Below, one piece after another: positions 60,753 to 64,000 of a stretch of 64,000 nucleotides of DNA (within the stretch, counting starts at the first letter, position 1; each line of letters begins with the position of its first letter). The notes under the pieces were generated by a model, which was given only the letters and a program-made list of their open reading frames with translations, searched no databases and was not told the origin of the DNA. The translations under genes and the position numbers were made by a program. This DNA comes from Candidatus Latescibacterota bacterium (lineage in GTDB: Bacteria > Latescibacterota > UBA2968 > UBA8231). The DNA is taken from contig OZ244561.1 of NCBI GenBank assembly GCA_965217585.1, positions 3,456,001 to 3,520,000 of the forward strand, given 5' to 3'.

Positions 60753-61655
60753 CTATCCCGCTTGGAACTGCTCAATCAGCCGGCGCACGTCTGGGTGCCC
60801 ATCAACGCCGCGACCGGGATGGATGATCAGCCGGTAGCGGAAGACGGCCTTGTCGCCGCTGGAGATGGTTAGGCTCTCGTCGATGTTCGCGTCGCCCTTG
60901 AAATCGTGCACCCCAAAGGGATTGGCGGTAAATAGCCCGTAGCCGCGCACGTGCCAGTAGGTCGGGTGGCGGGGATTGTCGCGGTGATCGACGACGGTAT
61001 GCCCCCACTCCTCGCCGTCGGCTATCGGCCCGGAGTAATCCACCCAAGCCGCCTGCTGGCCCCAAGTAGCCTCTGGGCCTTGGCCGTTTTCAAAAATCTG
61101 GCCGGCGGAGTTTTCGATCCGCCCCGCGTCTTTGGCATCCATGGAGGTCGGCACCCGGATCGAAAACAGCCCGCCTTCTTTGGTGTCGCCGAAGGTCACG
61201 TCGCCGTAGCGGGCGCGAAACTCGCTGCGCTGGTCTATGATCCGCAACGCACCTTCAGCGCGGATGGCGATGGTGTGCCGCTCCTCCAACAGCTTTTCCC
61301 CTTCTGGCCCGAACCAATCGACGATTCCGTCGATTTGCGCTACGCCATCGGCTACGCCGACTACCGGCTCGCCTCGCTGGAGCATGGCTCCGTGGCCGGT
61401 GCCCTCGTCCCAAAGGTTGTGGCCGTTGACCAAGCCGTGGGCCGTGTAGATGCCGCGATGGTGGTAGTGGTCCTGCGTCTCGCCCGCGACATCTTCCATG
61501 GGATAGGCGCGGGTGAGGCCGGTGCCGCTGGGCGTCAGCACCGGGTAAAAGTACGGGCGGCACACGTAGTGGCCGTAGCGGTACTCGGTAAAAAGCTGGC
61601 CGTCGATGGCGACGACGGCCTTGCAGTCTGCGGGAATTAGCTCAATATCGATCAT
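60753..61655 (-). CDS. DUF6807 ('PmoA'-labelled) family protein
   Basis: PYFYPV, DHYHHRG, FGDTKEG, HPTYWHVRGYGL..ANPFG. Confidence 0.8.
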   Translation of the reverse strand: MIDIELIPADCKAVVAIDGQLFTEYRYGHYVCRPYFYPVLTPSGTGLTRAYPMEDVAGETQDHYHHRGIYTAHGLVNGHNLWDEGTGHGAMLQRGEPVVGVADGVAQIDGIVDWFGPEGEKLLEERHTIAIRAEGALRIIDQRSEFRARYGDVTFGDTKEGGLFSIRVPTSMDAKDAGRIENSAGQIFENGQGPEATWGQQAAWVDYSGPIADGEEWGHTVVDHRDNPRHPTYWHVRGYGLFTANPFGVHDFKGDANIDESLTISSGDKAVFRYRLIIHPGRGVDGHPDVRRLIEQFQAG

Positions 61656-61668
61656 TGCTTCCTTTCCG

Positions 61669-63009
61669 TTATGCGGCCCGGCCACAGCAGCGCTTGTACT
61701 TCTTGCCGCTGCCGCAGGAGCACGGGTCGTTGCGGCCGGGGGCCTTTTGGTGCAGGGCCGCCTTGACCGCGTCCCGTTTTCTGGCCCATTCCATCACGCC
61801 GGTGGCCGGTCGGCTGTGTTGCAGCTCGTTGGCCATAAAGCGCATGTAGGGATCGACGTGCCCGAAGTACATCTTGTACCCCTTGCACAGGTAGTTGAGA
61901 CCGTCTTCGCCGCGCGGGGTTTTGGTAAAGCGGTGCTTGGGGCAGCCGCCGTTACAGGCGAAGCGGTAATCGCATTCGATGCAGTACTGGGGCAGCGTGT
62001 CTTTTTTGTCCTGCCCGAACTTGGTCTGCTGCGGGCTGGCGACCATGTCGCGGATGCTCTCGTCGTGGACATTGCCCAGGCGATAGTCTGAATAAACGAA
62101 GTGGTCGCAGGAGTAGAGGTCGCCGTTGTGTTCGATGATCAGCGCCTTGCCGCAGGTCTCGGCGAAGATGCACAGGCTCGCATCTTGGCCCAGCCACGAG
62201 CCGAGCGTCACGTCAAAGAGCTGCACGAAGACTTGGCCGACGTCATTGCGGACCCACTCGTCAAAGATCGCGCAGAGGAACTTGCCGTACTGCCCCGGCC
62301 CCACCGACCACTTGGAAACCGGTGCCCGGCCCTCGTATTCGGGATCGACTAACTCCAGCCCGTCCTCGTCCGGCTCGTGGGCGATGCGCTCGACGATGGG
62401 AATAAACTGCATAAACCCCGAACCTTCTTGGCGCAGGAAGCGGTAGATTTCGAGGGGATTATCGGCGTTGTGGTTTTGCAGCACGGTCAGGGTGTTAAAT
62501 TCAACCGCGTGCTTTTTGAGCATTTGCAGACCAGCGTACACCCGGTCGTAGGTCGGCTTCTGGCCCTTGTCAACCCGGTAGTGGTCGTGGTATTGGCGCG
62601 GCCCGTCGATCGACAGCCCGATTAGGAATTTGTTTTCCGCGAGGAACTCGCCCCACTCGTCGTCGAGGAGGATGCCGTTGGTTTGGAAGGCGTTGGTGAT
62701 GGCCTTGCCGTTGGCGTACTGCTGCTGTAGCTCGACTGCGCGGCGGAAGAAGTCCACGCCCATCAGCGTTGGTTCGCCGCCCTGCCAGGCAAAGTCCACC
62801 TGCGGCACGTCTTGGGCCTCGATGTACTGCTGGACGTAGCGTTCGAGCGTCTCGTCGGACATGCGCCAATTTTTGCGCGCGTCCGGGTAGAGCTTCTCCT
62901 TCTCTAGATAGAAGCAGTACTTGCAGTCGATGTTGCAGACCGAGCCCGAGGGCTTGGCCATCACGTGGCAAGACGCCGGAGCAGGGTTGAGTGTAGTCGC
63001 AGTTTCCAT
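61669..63009 (-). CDS. Anaerobic sulfatase maturase (radical SAM/SPASM) with SEC-C motif
   Basis: CNIDCKYC, WQGGEP, SPASM Cys motifs, GRNDPCSCGSGKKYKRCC. Confidence 0.92.
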   Translation of the reverse strand: METATTLNPAPASCHVMAKPSGSVCNIDCKYCFYLEKEKLYPDARKNWRMSDETLERYVQQYIEAQDVPQVDFAWQGGEPTLMGVDFFRRAVELQQQYANGKAITNAFQTNGILLDDEWGEFLAENKFLIGLSIDGPRQYHDHYRVDKGQKPTYDRVYAGLQMLKKHAVEFNTLTVLQNHNADNPLEIYRFLRQEGSGFMQFIPIVERIAHEPDEDGLELVDPEYEGRAPVSKWSVGPGQYGKFLCAIFDEWVRNDVGQVFVQLFDVTLGSWLGQDASLCIFAETCGKALIIEHNGDLYSCDHFVYSDYRLGNVHDESIRDMVASPQQTKFGQDKKDTLPQYCIECDYRFACNGGCPKHRFTKTPRGEDGLNYLCKGYKMYFGHVDPYMRFMANELQHSRPATGVMEWARKRDAVKAALHQKAPGRNDPCSCGSGKKYKRCCGRAA

Positions 63010-63078
63010 CAGGGTCTATCTTGAAGTGGTGAGTATGATAGGGTTTGCCCTGCGGCAATGCAAATATAGGAAAATCTA

Positions 63079-63762
63079 ATGCGTACCATTTTTGTCGGCG
63101 ACGTGCACGGCTGCGCCGCCGAGTTTGAAGCCTTCCTTGCAAAGATAAGTTACGACCAAGCCAAAGATCGCCTGTTGCTGGCCGGCGATGCCTTTGCCCG
63201 CGGCCCCGACCCGCTGGCGGTGTGGCAGTTGATCCGAGATACCGAGGCCGAGATGGTTTTGGGCAACCACGACGCCCGCCTCTTAAAGCAGCTAACCGCT
63301 CTGGCGAAGGGCCGCAAGCCCAAAGTAAAGTTCCCCGACCAGCGCTATACCCTCGACCAGCTTCAGCCCGCCCACGACGAAATCCTCGCTTGGCTTCGGC
63401 AGTGCCCGCTCTACATCGCGGAAGACGCCTTCCTCCTAGTCCACGCCGGCATCCACCCGAAAAAGGGCTTACAAGGCACCCGCCGCAAAGAATTCCTGAA
63501 GATCCGCACTTGGCCGCCCACCGACGATCTGGCTAGCCCGCGCTGGCACGATTTCTACGAGCCGGAGTATCCCCTGCTCGTCTTTGGCCACGACGCGCCT
63601 GGCGGCTTGGTGGTTAAAAAGCACGCTGGCCGCCCCTATCTCATTGGGCTCGATTCGGGCTGCATCTATGGCGGCCAGCTCAGTGGTTATGTGCTTGAAG
63701 AAGCGCGGCTGGTGCAAGTGGAGAGCCAGCAAGCAGCGGATGTGTGGAAGCGGCTAGCTTAG
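63079..63762 (+). CDS. Metallophosphoesterase (ApaH/PrpE-like)
   Basis: GDVHG, GD...RGP, GNHD, HAG, FGH, LDSGC. Confidence 0.88.
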   Translation: MRTIFVGDVHGCAAEFEAFLAKISYDQAKDRLLLAGDAFARGPDPLAVWQLIRDTEAEMVLGNHDARLLKQLTALAKGRKPKVKFPDQRYTLDQLQPAHDEILAWLRQCPLYIAEDAFLLVHAGIHPKKGLQGTRRKEFLKIRTWPPTDDLASPRWHDFYEPEYPLLVFGHDAPGGLVVKKHAGRPYLIGLDSGCIYGGQLSGYVLEEARLVQVESQQAADVWKRLA

Positions 63763-63788
63763 GCAAGGTCGCCGCAGGTTGGCGTGCA

Positions 63789-63846
63789 AATTTGAAGTAG
63801 TGGTTCAAAATTACATGATAATTTGAAGTAGCGGTTCAAAATTACA
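63789..63846. repeat. Tandem pair of 27-bp palindromic repeats (period 31)
   Basis: AATTTGAAGTAG[T/C]GGTTCAAAATTACA at 63789-63815 and 63820-63846. Confidence 0.8.
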
Positions 63847-64000
63847 GCAAAATAAAGGCACCCGTACGCTCCTTCTCTCGTCTCCGCTCCAGACATATTG
63901 CCTTCACTTAATTTCAAATGGAGACAATGTGTCTGATTCCGGCTAATAAACTAAACGGCATTGCTCCTTATCGCCTCGAGTAGGTCTTGCACCTGGCGGC

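Noticed and set aside
60753-61655. Methane monooxygenase PmoA
   Set aside because: Soluble DUF6807-type protein with no TM helices and no pmoB/C
63789-63846. CRISPR array
   Set aside because: Only two repeats with a 4-nt gap and no cas genes

Overview
GC-rich bacterial chromosomal window with about 58 CDS, one tRNA-Leu(TAG) and one non-autonomous IS200/IS605 (TnpB-only) element. A C-terminal PNPFN/FlgD-Ig domain, a WGxIK tail, an alpha2-type glycyl-tRNA ligase and a sulfatase plus its maturase suggest an FCB-group organism such as Latescibacterota; this is inference only. The left third is housekeeping (prpCB, purA, serA, engB, clpXP, tig, tRNA-Leu, glyQS, recO, ftsB, proB, hisFH, proC, carA, aroC). 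The rest is accessory catabolic, redox and transport genes. Five observations stand out. (1) The tnpB element appears inserted exactly at the ATG of an amidohydrolase gene: the predicted target motif TCAT is the reverse complement of ATGA, and the element's left end supplies an outward-facing Shine-Dalgarno sequence. (2) Two exported CxxCH plus PHM/DBH-type copper monooxygenase fusions flank an ECF sigma/anti-sigma/Spy operon and lie near a redoxin and hemA-ccsA. (3) A circularly permuted TrxR-like flavoprotein is fused to a membrane polyferredoxin. (4) A divergent Amt has no GlnK neighbour. (5) CCWGG looks depleted, with an excess of its 5mC-deamination products. All calls come from reading motifs by eye; no database searches were run.
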